From: Octopus vulgaris
Lineage: Eukaryota
Direction of reading: 5' to 3'
Length of the DNA: 64,000 nt
Assembly (NCBI GenBank): GCA_951406725.2
Contig: OX597818.1
Span: forward strand, 54,746,001 to 54,810,000
Part shown: positions 1 through 14,259 of the stretch, piece after piece
Layout of the letters: every line of letters starts with the position of its first letter
How positions within the stretch are numbered: the first letter of the stretch is position 1
The notes under the pieces: model-generated
Databases searched by the model: none
Seen by the model: the letters and a program-made list of their open reading frames with translations, nothing else
Told to the model about the DNA's origin: nothing
Position numbers and translations under genes: made by a program

Positions 1-278
1 AGATGACGTATGAGAGTTCAGCAATTTCTTGCCAAACAACCACACAGATGATTTGTTTATAGCGATCAAATGTTTGAGTACACATAAGCTTACTCCTTTC
101 ATAAAGTCGTTATTACCTGCACAGGTGCACTGTGTGACGCATGTCAGATGACGAAGTGATCGCAGACCAACGTGAAATGAAGTGCTTTGCTCAAGAACAC
201 AACGCAACGGATGGTCTGGGAATCGAAACCACCATCTCGCAGTCGTGAGTGCAACGCCCTAACCACTAAGCTATGCAC
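1..278 (-). mobile_element. tRNA-derived SINE (CORE-like body), runs off window start
   Basis: Minus strand: box A-like TAGCTTAGTGG, box B-like GTTTCGATTCC, then GTGTTCTTGAGCAAAGCACTTCATTTCACGTTG shared with 36546-36794. Confidence 0.8.
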
Positions 279-513
279 ATACATATATATGCATATATAC
301 ATATATATGAAGGTGCTACATAGGTTACATATATCAGCCCTTGATACCATGTGGACTGAGATCCCCGCTGACAGGCCCCTGAATTTTATAACAAAGTTTT
401 AACACTTGTGGTATGCAAATTAGTATCGTCAGTTTTCTGTAGCAACTGTAATTGTCGCATATATAAACAGATTGGTTGCTTGTTTCTCGGAGACTGGTCA
501 AATTGCTGTAGAC

Positions 514-556
514 GTCTCTGATGAGAGTCTAATAATATCCGAAAATCGATTAAGGT
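514..556 (+). ncRNA. Degenerate minimal hammerhead motif in PLE-like 3' end
   Basis: gtct-CTGATGA-gagtctaataatatcc-GAAA-atcgat-TA-aggt; palindromic stem III (AATCGATT), poorly paired stem II. Confidence 0.4.
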
Positions 557-638
557 TGTTCATTATTTTTTATAATACACGAAGAAACAATAAAATTAGC
601 CTTGTTTATAAAGGTACTAAATGGGTTAATAAATACAG

Positions 639-688
<50 letters not shown>

Positions 689-762
689 TAAATAAAATAT
701 ATGCATATATACATACATATATGTACATACCTACCTCTACATGTATATATACATGCATATAT

Positions 763-935
763 GGGTACAGGACACCAAAAAAAACGTTGAACACAATGAG
801 AAGCGAAAACATAAACACAAAACCAAGGAAATGGACATTTTTTTAAACAACGAAAAAATAGAGTACAGAACATACAAAACAAGGAAAATTCCCCTTCTTC
901 AGTCGCCTTAATTTCATCTACTCCACGTTTCGAAA
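763..935 (-). mobile_element. Repeat family fragment (PLE-like end), homologous to 40247-40405 and 62156-62330
   Basis: Shared GGGTACAGGAC start and CCCTTC(T/A)TCAGT..ATCTACTCC block in three copies; flanked by TA repeats. Confidence 0.6.
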
Positions 936-953
936 TATATATATATATATATA

Positions 954-1084
954 GGCGCAGGAGTGGTTGTGTGGTAAGTAGCTTGCTTAACAACCACATG
1001 TTTCCCGATTCAGTCCCCCTGCATTGCACCTTGGGCAAGTGTCTCCTAATATAGCCTCAGGCCGACGAAATTCTTGTGAGTGGG
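954..1084 (+). mobile_element. SINE-B (CORE-like) 5' part
   Basis: GGCGCAGGAGTGG..GTGTGGTAAGTAGCTTGC..CACCTTGGGCAAGTGTC, matches many copies in window. Confidence 0.8.
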
Positions 1085-1231
1085 TTATGTTAAAATATGT
1101 GCTTGGATTAACACATAATTATGTGCGTATATTAATACATAACTATGATACCTAAATCAATTCAAATTATAAAACACCAGCATATAGTTACATATGTTTG
1201 TAAAAAGTATTTCATGATTTATATGTACGCA

Positions 1232-1267
<36 letters not shown>

Positions 1268-2092
1268 CCGTTTGATAACAATTCGACTCGACTTAATGCA
1301 ACTCGGAGGATTTAGAGCGGAACCAAACTATTTATCAAAAAATGCATGTAACTCCTAACAAATGAGCTGAATGCCATTTTCTTACATTTATCCACTTGCT
1401 CGTATGTGTGTATGTGTGTGTATGTATGTATGTATGTATGTATGTATGTATGTATGTATGTATGTATGTATGTATGTATGTATGTATGTATGTATGTATG
1501 TATGAATGTATGTGTGCGTGTGTGTGTGTATGCATATAAATGTGCGTTTGTATATATTGTGTTAGTACCTTTCACTATTTACAGCTTTTCAAATACACGT
1601 GTTAAAAGTTAAGTTCCTTTCGTAATATTTGTGTTAATCCACTTTCTTCAATGATTTTATTAAGGATATTAATTAATTTAAAAATTTTGAAAATCTCTTT
1701 TTCAAATATTGTGATCTATCACGAAATTTATAGGAATAAACAGCAATTTCTAATCTCAGGGTGTTACGGTTCAGGGTCTAAACACCAGATGACCGCTGGA
1801 ACACTCTAATGACATCAATTCCTCTTGGCCAAAGTTAATCTTTCACCTTAGTGAATGGAACAGAAGCATCTTTATTTTTAGGTGTTATCAACAACAGTGA
1901 AACTAATAAATATATTCATAGAATCACGTACGTACAGAGACTGCAGCCATGCCTTGGAGAATTTTTAGTCAAATGAATCGACCGCAGGACATTGCTTACG
2001 TCTTGTATTTATTTTATCAGTCTTTTGGCCGAAAACACACCACACATATATATCTAAATATATTTACGACAGACTTCTTTCATATATATATT

Positions 2093-2165
<73 letters not shown>

Positions 2166-2171
2166 GTACAT

Positions 2172-2364
2172 ATATGTGACAATTATTCGGTAGCCATGAT
2201 AAAACTCCGAGTTTCGGATGTCGGTGCGAGTTTCCGCCCGACATCCGAAACTCTGAATTTTATCATGGCTGCCGAATTATTGTGACACATATTTACAGTT
2301 AAATTACCTCCAAGTACATAAAATCGAAGTCTCTTTCATTCTTTTGTTGTCATACCATTACTAT

Positions 2365-2368
<4 letters not shown>
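2172..2368 (+). mobile_element. Fold-back element with half hammerhead (family of 22287-22494)
   Basis: Inverted arms ~2172-2224/2238-2292; 3' tail homologous to 22425-22494; lies in (TA)n. Confidence 0.75.
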
Positions 2369-2415
<47 letters not shown>

Positions 2416-2526
2416 CGATCACCGCGCGCAATGACTAAAGAAAATAGTCTAATAATGCGGCATATAAACCCTCAACGGAAAAAAGTAGACCTTGACGGAA
2501 AAAAACCATCGCAGTAGATATGTATA

Positions 2527-2750
<224 letters not shown>

Positions 2751-2751
2751 A

Positions 2752-2831
<80 letters not shown>

Positions 2832-3261
2832 GTATATATATAGTAGCAGTTCGATATCATATATACAAGAGATAGAACCTGATAAAACCTATTTATATTT
2901 ATATTTATGTTGAATTATATCGTTATTCAAATTCAACATTCGAAAATCATATTTTCTATGTTAGAAAGCGGTTCCAAATAACAAGGCAGACAAAAAATAT
3001 ACCACACCTTTTTTGTTTCACATTGAAATTTGTTTATGCATCTAAAATCTTTAGGTTTTATCTCTCATATATCGGACTGTTACTTTTTATTATCCTTGAG
3101 CATATTCCCCTTGTTATAAACATTGATAGTTCGATTCAAATAAAATTAAATAGAAAACAAGAAGATTTTTAATTTCTTAAATCACACACAAAAAAGCATA
3201 TATATTTTTAAAAAAGCACATTGTAAAAAGTGTCACACACCAGATAAACTTGGATTCATTT

Positions 3262-3426
3262 CGCAGGTGTGGTTGCGTGGTAAGAAGCTGGCTTCCCAAC
3301 TGCATGGTTCCGGGTTCAGTCCTTCTGTGAGGCATCTTGGGTAAGTGTTTTTTTACTCTAGCCTTGGGCTGACCAAAGGCCTTGTGAGTCGATTTGGTAG
3401 GCAGAAACTGAAAGAAACCTGTCGCT

Positions 3427-3515
<89 letters not shown>

Positions 3516-3722
3516 TTCTGTATGTGTTTGTACCCCACCACCGCCTGACAACCGGTGTTGGTGTGTTTACGTCCCGTAACTTAGCAGTTCGGCAAAGATG
3601 CTGATATATTAAGTACAAGGCTTCAAAAACATAAGCCCTGGGGTTGATTTGTTCGACTGAAGTCCTTCAAAGTAGTGCCCCAGCATGGCTGCAATTAAAT
3701 AACAGAAACAAATAACAAAAAA
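3262..3722 (+). mobile_element. SINE-B with internal (TA)n(TG)n
   Basis: Head, CTTGGG(C/T)AAGTGT CORE-like block, internal microsatellite, CCAGCATGG tail. Confidence 0.85.
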
Positions 3723-4328
3723 GATTTTAAAAAGTATATAATAATTACATAAAAAAAAAGCGCTTGAAGAATTTACTCTAAGCCATTTAGAGGCAAGGGG
3801 TTAAACCGAGCATACCGACCTCGCTAGCAGAGTGAAAAAGCTAACTTTATCTTAAAGCTGATCTCGGTCGGATTTGAACTCAGAACGTAAAGACCGGAAG
3901 AAATTCCATTAAGCAACACGATTCGCTACAGTCTACACCTGTAGTGCCATATAAACAAGGCAGTAATAAGCCGATGGATATTCTCGAAAGGGGATTGTAA
4001 GTAGGCGGGGTGGACTGTTTCATACCGGATCATCAACTTTAAACGACGTCCTGCCGGCAGCGGGCCGAAACCAATAATTTCTACAAACCAGGAAATATTT
4101 GTTAGAATCCTTAAGAAATAATTTAATCTTTTGGCCTATTTTCGATTCTTAGCTCAGCTCTTTCTAAGACTTCTTCCTGGCTCCACTTGGAGGTATATGT
4201 GTGGGGGTCACATTAATAAAGATGTATAAATGAGGTATTTCATTCAAGTAAATAGCTCTCTGCAACCCCCCCCTGTCTCTCTTCATATATATATATATAT
4301 ATACACACATACATATATATATATATGC

Positions 4329-4374
<46 letters not shown>

Positions 4375-4475
4375 GATATGTATGTATATACATATACATA
4401 CATACATATGTGTGTATGTGTATGTATATATGTATGTATGCATATATATATATATATATATATATATAATGTGTG

Positions 4476-4530
<55 letters not shown>

Positions 4531-4537
4531 ATATTTG

Positions 4538-5068
<531 letters not shown>

Positions 5069-5161
5069 TATATATCTTTTTATATTTACCTTTTATCTTT
5101 TTCCTATCCTGTCACATAGAACACGGAGATAAACATCAGCGCCAGTCCTTATAACGTGATA

Positions 5162-5345
5162 TTGGTTTCAAATTTCGGCACAAGGCCAGCAGGTTTGAGG
5201 GAGGGGATAGATTGATTAAATTGAAGCCAGTGTTCAACTGTTACTTATATCGATCGCGAAAGTATTGAAGTCAACTTCGGCTGAATATGAACTCAGGATG
5301 TAAAGTATTTTGCCCGATGTGCTAACGAATCTGCCGGCTCGCCAT
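5162..5345 (-). mobile_element. Old Meta-domain-like SINE (SINE-M)
   Basis: Diverged match to SINE-M head and AAATTTGAAACCAAT tail variant. Confidence 0.65.
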
Positions 5346-5376
5346 CCTCTAGTGTAACGATATTTTATATATTTAT

Positions 5377-5513
5377 CCGAGGTCGACTTTGCCTTTCATC
5401 CTTTCGGGGTCGATTAAAGTTACGCACTGGGGTCGATATAATCGACTTAATCCGTTTGTCTGTCCTTGTTTGTCCTCTCTGTATTTAGCCCCATTTGGGT
5501 AGTAAAGAAATAG
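5377..5513 (+). mobile_element. 5'-truncated SINE-M
   Basis: CCGAGGTCGACTTTGCCTTTCATCCTTTCGGGGTCGAT..AAAGAAATA; TSD-like GATATTTTAT(A/T)TATTTAT on both sides. Confidence 0.85.
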
Positions 5514-5529
5514 ATATTTTATTTATTTA

Positions 5530-5833
5530 TGCGCCCTTTTCAAGCCTAGCCAGGCTCATGGGCCCGGTTTCCCGGTTTCTATGGCATATGTGTTCCCCCC
5601 AGCTGGACGGAGCGCCAGTCCATCGCAGCGTTACTCAAGAAACAGGAAGAAAGAGTGAGAGAAGGTTGGGGTGAAAGAGCACAACAGGGGTCGCCACCAC
5701 CCCCTGCCGGAGCCTCGTGGAGCTTTTAGGTGTTTTCGCTCAATAAACTCACACAACGCCCGGTCTGGGAATCGAAACCGCGATCCTCCGACCGCGAGTC
5801 CGCTGCCCTAACCACTGGGCCATTGCGCCTCCA
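5530..5833 (-). mobile_element. SINE-A head with V-domain-like tail
   Basis: Minus strand GGAGGCGCAATGGCCCAGTGG..GTTTCGATTCC head; tail CTGCGATGGACTGGCG..GTCCAG shared with 36546-36650. Confidence 0.85.
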
Positions 5834-6185
5834 CTGTGTAACACTATTAACAACACGTTAACCGCTGTATGTACCATCGGTGGTTCATCACAAACAGTAA
5901 ACACCTCCAGTGGTACATTTTCATAATTTGAAAAAAAAAAAAATTTTATTCTGAATCTTTGACATAGTTTCGAGAATATTTAAATAACATGAGTGCTAAA
6001 TATTAAAGTTTAATTATGAAATATTGCGAAAATACAAAACAAAAAAGAAAAAGAAAAATTACATTTCCATGTAATTAAACATTATGCAATGTGACCTGAC
6101 CTGAAATACGTGGCGTCACCGGTAAATGCTAGTAACAGACTGTGGCGATTAACGCGTTAATTTGCTTCTAAAAGATCGAAGTTGT

Positions 6186-6566
6186 GGAGGCGCAATGGCC
6201 TAGTGGTTAGGGCAGCGGACTCGCGGTCGGAGGATCGCGGTTTCGATTCCCAGACCGGGCGTTGTGAGTGTTTATTGAGCGAAAACACCTAAAGCTCTAC
6301 GAGGCTCCGGCAGGGGATGGTGGTGATCCCTGCTCTACTCTTTCACCACAACTTTCTCTCACTCTTACTTCCTGTTTCTGTTGTACCTGCATTTCAAAGG
6401 GCCGGCCTTGTCACACTCTGTGTCACGCTGAATATCCCCGAGAACTACGTTAAGGGTGCACGTGTCTGTGGAGTGCTCAGCCACTTACACGTTAATTTCA
6501 CGAGCAGGCTGTTCTGTTGATTCGGATCAACCAGAACTCTCGTCGTCGTAACCGACGGAGTGCTTC
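6186..6566 (+). mobile_element. Full-length SINE-A (tRNA-derived head)
   Basis: Box A TGGCCTAGTGG, box B GTTTCGATTCC; TSD CTAAAAGATCGAAGT on both sides. Confidence 0.9.
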
Positions 6567-6860
6567 TATTCCTAAAAGATCGAAGTCTAAGGACGGCAGA
6601 AACATTAAAGCACCAGACTAATGTTTCCTGCGGTACTTGGTTACAGTTCTTTAAACGCTGATTTCAAAATACGCTGCGTTGAGCTATTTCTATAATCTTT
6701 ACTAAATCGATAGAATATAGCACCAATTAGTTCTTGGATCAATACGTCTGCGCAAAATGTGATACATTGTACAGATGTTAGAATCTGCATTGTAACATAC
6801 AAGGTGTATCCCGTTTTGTAGAGAGAACATTCGATTATATTGGTATGTGGCACCAAGGTG

Positions 6861-7078
6861 GCGAGGTGGCAGAAACGTTAGCACGTCGGGCGAAACGCTT
6901 AGCAGTATTTCGTCTGCCGTTACGTTCTGAGTTCAACTTCCGCCGAGGTCGACTTTGCCTTTCATCCTCTCGGGGTCGATTAAATAAGTACCAGTTACGC
7001 ACCGGGGTCGATATAATCGACTTAATCCGTTTGTTTGTCCCCCCTGCTTTTGGCCCCTTGTGGGTAGTAAAGAAATAG
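6861..7078 (+). mobile_element. Full-length SINE-M
   Basis: tRNA-like head (TGGCAGAA..GAGTTCAA), GGTCGACTTTGCCTTTCATCC core resembling the MetaSINE domain (recalled), AAAGAAATAG tail. Confidence 0.85.
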
Positions 7079-7278
7079 GTATTCCAATATATGATTAGCG
7101 GTTATTTCATCGACATCTAGAGATCGAAAAGCAAATTAGCTTTGGAGGGAGTTGAATATCGAAGGGACCCATTGTGGGAGCTTCTACGTGATCTCTCAAT
7201 AAGGTAGAAATAATAACCACTCCCCTGTCTTATAAAGAGAAACTGATTTTTTAAATTAAATAATGTGACCCTAAATAC

Positions 7279-7512
7279 CTATTTCTTTACTACCCACAAG
7301 GGGCTTAACACAGAGGGGACAAACAAGGACAGACAAACGGATTAAGTCGATTATATCGACCCCAGTGCGTAACTGGTACTTAATTTATCAACCCCGAAAG
7401 AATGAAAGGTAAAGTCGACCTCGGCGGAATTTGAACTGAGAACGTAACGGCAGACGAAATACCGCTAAGCATTTCGCCCGGCGTGCTAACGCTTCTGCAA
7501 ACTCGCCGCCTT
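7279..7512 (-). mobile_element. Full-length SINE-M
   Basis: Family match; TSD TGTGACC(C/A)TAAA(T/C)ACCT. Confidence 0.9.
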
Positions 7513-8901
7513 GTGACCATAAACACCTTAAAAGCAAAATGGTCACGGTCGGAACGCATCTGATCATAAGTTTGTTCGATTACGGTTGACTTGAGGCTAA
7601 AGAAGAACGAATAACCAAATACCGTAAGGGTATACTGTAAAGCAACGAATTGGCAGATTAGGTCTGTCTTTACATATTAGACACATTTTATGAACAAAAA
7701 CAAAAAAGACGTACGCAAACATGACGTCAAACACAGTAAATATATCTTCATTTAAAGATGGCTAACTGTAGAGCGTCACGTGGTATTCAAATCGTTGAAA
7801 GCAGACGACACCTGATAACGATTACATATACTCTGTTACACATTGATGCATCTGTTGCTCCACCGCCGCCCTCTTTGTGCATTGAAAGACTATACTGGTA
7901 CGTAGCTGCGGCCTTTGATATTCTGAGCTCAAATCTCACCAAGATTAAAATCTGACGTTCAATATTCTGCTGTCGATAAAATAAAACATAAGAGGCGATT
8001 TCTATTCCTAAAATACTGCTCTAATCCTTTATGTAAATGCAATTATAAGACTAAGTAGTGAAAATAACTTAAAACATTTGTCTAAACTAAATGCTAATTA
8101 TTTGTAGGTTTCAGGGGTCGTTTTTACGTAGGCGTTTTATGAGCGGTTTATTTTAAACAGTGAAAGGGCTGTGTTGGGCTTTTGTGCAGGGTCTGGGGTG
8201 TATTGTAAAAGGTAGGGGAGGAATGAAGTTTGACAAGTATTGGTAAATTAATGATTTGGATTCTGCACGGGGGCACAAATAGAGCATTGGTGGAGAGAGG
8301 ATGGAGAGTTGGAGAGAGGCGGGAGATGGTGTTGTTGTTGCTGTTGTTGTTGTTGTTGTTGTTGTTGGTGGTGGTGGAGTTTTTAGAAATAGGGAGTAAA
8401 AAGTATTGAGGGAAAAAAGGCAACATCGGTTTAGTGGGGCGGAAAGCCGATAATAAAAAAAAATAAAGGGTAATAAAGAAAACGTAAATGGAGGTGTTCC
8501 TGCAAGCAATTAATGTGTGTGTGTGTGTGTGTGCGTTTGTATGTACGTGCATGTGTGTGCGTGTGTGTGTTTGTGTGTGCGTGCATGTGTGTATGTGTGC
8601 GTGTATGTATGTGTGTGCGTGTGTGTGTTTGTGTGTGCGTGCATGTGTGTGTGTATGTGTGTGCATGCATGTGTATGTGTATGTGTATATAGATAGATTT
8701 ATATAAACATACATACATACATGTGTATATATGTAATATATATATATATGTATATGTATGTATATATATGTATCTGTATTTATTGTATGTGTATATATTT
8801 ACGTGTGTGTGTGTACGTGTTGTGTGTATATATGTATGTATGTGTGAATGTATATGGATGTGCTAGTATGTATCTTAATGCAAGAACCAGTATATATATA
8901 T

Positions 8902-8934
<33 letters not shown>

Positions 8935-9232
8935 GTGGCTAACGATCTATCATGGCGTCTTTTATAATGCCAACGTATTTTCTAAATATTTTAAAAGTAT
9001 TTCTAAATATTTGCGTATTTTTAAATATTAAATATTTATATGTTCATATACTTGTATGTCTTTAATGCATTATTATCTGAAACTTTATATTGATTTATTA
9101 ATGTCCATTGAAAGTGCACATATATATTAAATATTCTATTGGATAATAGGTCATGTTCCTTTAGATTTCCGCTGGTATTGCCTCCATTGAAATCATATAT
9201 ATATGTACTTTATTTAAAAGCAGCATAAGTAT

Positions 9233-9285
9233 AACAAAAGCTGTTACTCAGAGTTTCACGTTCCCGTTCGTCGGACAGTTTTGTT
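9233..9285 (-). ncRNA. Type I hammerhead ribozyme motif, CCGACGA core variant
   Basis: Minus strand: aacaaaactgt-CCGACGA-acg(ggaa)cgt-GAAA-ctctgag-TA-acagcttttgtt; all three stems pair. Confidence 0.75.
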
Positions 9286-9309
9286 AATATATATATATAT
9301 ATATGTATA

Positions 9310-9527
9310 TGTAGATGTCTGTGTGTCTGTATTTGTCCTCCTAACATCGCTTGCGAACCGATGCTGGCGTGTTTACGTCCCCGTAACTTAGCGGTTCGGC
9401 AAAAGAGACCGATAGAATAAGTACTAGGTTTACAAAGGATAAGTCCCGGGGTCGATTCGCTCGACTAAAGTTGGTGCTCCAGCACGGCCGCAATCGAATG
9501 ACTGAAACAAATAAAAGAATAAAAGAA
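9310..9527 (+). mobile_element. SINE-B 3' half
   Basis: GTTTACGTCCCCGTAACTTAGCGGTTCGGCAAAAGAGACCGATAG..GACTGAAAC. Confidence 0.85.
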
Positions 9528-9612
9528 TATATATATATATATATAAAGGGAGAAAGAGAAAAAGAAAGAGAGAAAGCTTGTATGTACGTACTTTGTAGGG
9601 CGTGTGTATGAA

Positions 9613-9709
<97 letters not shown>

Positions 9710-9954
9710 ACACACGCCTCTGTGTGTATATTCTAGGCATTTGTGTGAACGAGCGGTGGAACGGAAGTTATTGTAAATCAATTTTAGAGAGAAAAAAGGT
9801 AAAAGAAGTAGAAATCTGAAAATGAAATCAAAGAAATTTCTAGAAAACTTGTTAATCCCCTGTGTTAAAGGGGAACCCTATTAATTGGTATTGTTAAATG
9901 ATGGGATTAATTAGCGTGGGAGCCTGGCAGAAGGTAGTGTGCGTGTGGAGGGGG

Positions 9955-10450
9955 GGTGAGAGATAGATTGATAGATAGAGAGGTAGAGAGGGGGAGAGGA
10001 AGAGAGAGAGATAAGGAGGGAGAGAGATAAAGAGAGAGAAAGAGTGGGAGAGAGAGGAAGGGAGAGAGAGGGAGAGAGAGAGAAAGAAAGGGAGAGAGAG
10101 AGATTGACGGAGAGAGCGCGAGAGAAAGGGAGGGGGAGAGGAGAGAGTGGCAGAGAGAGAGAGAGAGAGAGAGAAAAGAGAAAGGGATAGAGAAAGAGAT
10201 TGACGGAGAGCGCACGAGAGGAAGAGAGGGGTAGAGGAGTGGAAAGAGAAAGTTAGAGACGAATGGAGTCAGAGAGAGAGGATGGGTGAGAGATAACAAA
10301 AAGAGGGAGAAAGGGGCAGAGAGAAAGAAGGAGAGGCAAGATGTTGAGGGAGAAAGATAGAGAGGAAAAATGAGAGAAAAAGAGAGGGTGAAAGAGAGAG
10401 AGAGAGAGACAGAAAGGTAGAGAAAATTGAGAGACAAAATGGAAGAGAAG
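9955..10450. repeat. GA-rich low-complexity tract
   Basis: Polypurine (GA)n-rich sequence. Confidence 0.9.
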
Positions 10451-10707
10451 GCAAGCTGTGGAGAGGAAATAAAAGGAATATGGTCGTTGTTGTTGGTATT
10501 GTTGTTGTAGTTGATGGGGTTGTTTAAGCCCAGGTCATCTTTAATCATGCGGACCCTCTGATCAAAGGCGTTCTGGATTTCAATACACGGCATGCGTGAT
10601 TTGAGGGAAATGTGGCTACTATTTCTAGCCTATTGAGAGGTCAGAAGTGTGCGCATGATTAAAGATGACCTGGACTTGAACAACCCCAACGGCAACGCCA
10701 ACAACAG

Positions 10708-11070
10708 GAGGCGCAATGGCCCAGTGGTTAGGGCAGCGGACTCGCGGTCGTAGGATCGCGGTTTCGATTCCCAGACCGGGCGTTGTGTGTGTTTATTGGG
10801 CGAAAACACCTAAAGCTCCACGAGGCTCCAGCAGGGGATGGTGGTGACCCCTGTTGTACTCTTTCGCTCCAACTTTCTCTCACTCTTTCTTCATGTTTCT
10901 TGTCCCCGACTTCCTACGCAACCGCTGAGCTTGGATGCGCTTCATCCATCCTCTCGATGTCGGGGGTTGAGTTGCTCTCTCTTCTGCGGGTCTTACGAAT
11001 AGCAAAGGACCACGTTTCGGACTTCTTCCACTAATGGGACGAAGACCGCTTCGCTCAACAAACAAACAAA
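10708..11070 (+). mobile_element. SINE-A head with unique tail ending (AAAC)n
   Basis: Head matches 6186; sequence after ~10900 differs from all other copies. Confidence 0.8.
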
Positions 11071-11164
11071 CAAACACCAACAACAACCGTATTTCTTTCA
11101 TTTCCCCTCCACAGCTCGCCTACTCACCATTTCTTCTCTCATCTCCTCTACCCTTTTTTCTCTT

Positions 11165-11380
11165 AGTTCCATATTTAAGAGAGGAGGAATTATGTACATT
11201 ATTTACATTATTTACATTATTTACATTCAACGGATATTTGTCCTCATCTTGTTTGTTGTTAACACAACGTTTCGGCTGATATACCCTCCAGCCTTCATCA
11301 GATGTCTTGAGGAAATTTAGAACCTGGGTTCTCATTCCTAGGAATGAGAAACCAGGTTTGAAATAATGTAAATAATGTAC
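11165..11380 (-). mobile_element. Headless copy of hammerhead-SINE with terminal inversion
   Basis: Near-identical to 38469-38634; inverts at CCTAGG (~11340). Confidence 0.85.
11261..11306 (-). ncRNA. Minimal type I hammerhead ribozyme
   Basis: Minus strand: gacat-CTGATGA-a-ggctg(gagggtatat)cagcc-GAAA-cg-TT-gtgtt. Confidence 0.75.
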
Positions 11381-11804
11381 TTTTTTCTCTCCTTTTCTTT
11401 CTCTCCTTCTCTCTCTCTCTCTCTCTTTCACTCTCTCTTTCACTCTCTCTTTTTCCCTCTCACCTTTTCTCTCTATCTTTCTCCCTCCATCCCTTCCACC
11501 CCCACTCCCTCAGTGATTTTCAATCTTACTGCTTGCTTTTCACCATAGTACTGTCCTTGTAGTTATTTATCACTTTGTTTTCGCGATTGCATTGTCGAGG
11601 TTTCGATTCCCTGACCAGGCTGTATTATGCACGGTGTTCTCGAGCAAAACATTTCATTTCGCCTTGCTTCAGTGCACTCGGCTGTAAATGAGTAACCATG
11701 CAAGCACAATAACTAAAGTTCGGATCTCGGTCGCTTGTTCGCCAAGGAGACCGAGTGATCGACCTCTATGAGTCCTAAGACACGAGAAAGTAATGTCCAC
11801 GGAT

Positions 11805-12073
11805 TGATAATGATAATGATGATGAGGAAGAGGATGCTGATGAGGATAATGATGATGATGACGAGAATGAAGATGGTGATGGTGGTGATGATGGTGATAG
11901 TGATGATGATGATGATGATGGCGATGAAGACGATGATGATGAGGAAGATGATGATGATGAGCAAGATGAGGATAATGATGATGAGTACGATGATAATGAT
12001 GAAGATGGTGATGAGCAAGATGATAATGGTGATGATGATGATGTCGATAATGTTGATGATGATGATGATGAAC

Positions 12074-12105
<32 letters not shown>

Positions 12106-12190
12106 TGATAGCGATAATGATGATGACGACGAAGAACGGCATGATGATGATGATGATGATGACAATGATGATGATGATGGTGATGATGGT
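11805..12190. repeat. (GAT)n imperfect microsatellite
   Basis: Direct reading. Confidence 0.95.
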
Positions 12191-12859
12191 TTGAAGGATG
12201 CTTGGCTACTATTCTATCAGTGAGTACAACAACGTAGAAATTCCTTTGTTGACTTTAAAAATATCATATTGCTGTTTGACCCTTGGTCGGTCTTGACTGA
12301 ATTAATTGACTTATGGTCAAAAGTGCTCCTGTCTTGAATATCCGGACGTGGTGCCTCCCTTACGATAGTAGAATGTGATTTGAGGGACAGTTGGCTGCTA
12401 TACCTCTCTTCATATAAACACGTAGAGTTTCCTTCCTTGGCTTAAGTTTCATATTATTGTTTGGCCCAAGCTTGGTCCTGATCCGCCTAGCTGGAATCTC
12501 TATCAGTTACACCGACGAAATTTCCAGTTGATTCGATCAACAGATCATGAAATTAACTTGCAAATAGCTGAGTACTCCATAGACACGCGTATCCTTAAAG
12601 TAGTTCACAGGGGGATTCAACGACAGAAAAATGTGACAAGCTTAGTCATTTTGAATTATAACAAGGCCAATAATGACCAACAACATCTCATTTTATTAAT
12701 CAGCACGTCTTATTAATTGAAGGTGAGGCCACAACATTTAATTTTGCGACCATAATATACTGAAAAGTATGTTATAAGTTTACAAGTTAATATCGTGTGT
12801 TAGCAATGCGATATTTTCCCCTTTAACTTTAACTCTTTAGATCCAGAGTCGAAAAAGTA

Positions 12860-13170
<311 letters not shown>

Positions 13171-13198
13171 CTCGCGGCATTTATATGTATGTATATAG

Positions 13199-13235
<37 letters not shown>

Positions 13236-13252
13236 GTATGTATGTATACTTT

Positions 13253-13283
<31 letters not shown>

Positions 13284-13288
13284 GTATG

Positions 13289-13336
<48 letters not shown>

Positions 13337-13377
13337 TATACATATATATATACATATAAACACACACATATACACAT

Positions 13378-13408
<31 letters not shown>

Positions 13409-13729
13409 CATACACATATATACACATATATATATATGTCTGTCTGTATGCATGTATATATGTAAGCATGTATACATATACATATATCTATGTACATATG
13501 TATATACATATATATGTATATGTATAAGTTTGTATACAAATGTATTCATATATACATACATGCATACATATGCACATACATACATATATATATACGCGCG
13601 CACACACAATCCCTGTCTCACACACCCATGTATGGATAGTTAGCACTGAGCTAATTAAACTTAATTTTAATTCGAATTTGATTATAGCCATGAAACATAC
13701 GTAGTGATTTTACTTATTATATATATTTA

Positions 13730-13815
13730 TTATTCGCTCAATAAACGCTCACAACGCCCGGTCTGGGAATCGAAACCGCGATCCTACGACCACGAGACCT
13801 CTGCCCTAACCACTG
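13730..13815 (-). mobile_element. SINE-A head fragment
   Basis: CGCTCAATAAAC..CAACGCCCGGTCTGGGAATCGAAACCGCG. Confidence 0.8.
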
Positions 13816-13846
13816 TCATAAATAAATAAATAAATAAATAAAAATA

Positions 13847-13886
<40 letters not shown>

Positions 13887-14140
13887 ATATATTATATTAT
13901 TATTATATATATATTATTATATTATTTATGTATTGGTTTATGTCTATCACTGTTTGAATTGCATAATAGTGGTTTTATCTCTAATTCATATTTTATATGA
14001 AATTTGATTTAATACAAAATTGAATTTTTCCCTGTAAGTTTGGATCTATACTCCATAATATTATATATATATATATATATATCATGGACATATACACTAT
14101 ATATATACATATACATACACACTACACGTACATTCATACA

Positions 14141-14208
<68 letters not shown>

Positions 14209-14228
14209 AAATATGTATGTATATAAAT

Positions 14229-14259
<31 letters not shown>

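Noticed and set aside
6186-6262. tRNA gene
   Set aside because: SINE head with body, tail and TSD; cloverleaf incomplete
6268-7078. Recurring ORFs such as MFIERKHLKL.. and FRRGRLCLSS..
   Set aside because: Incidental frames within SINE-A and SINE-M
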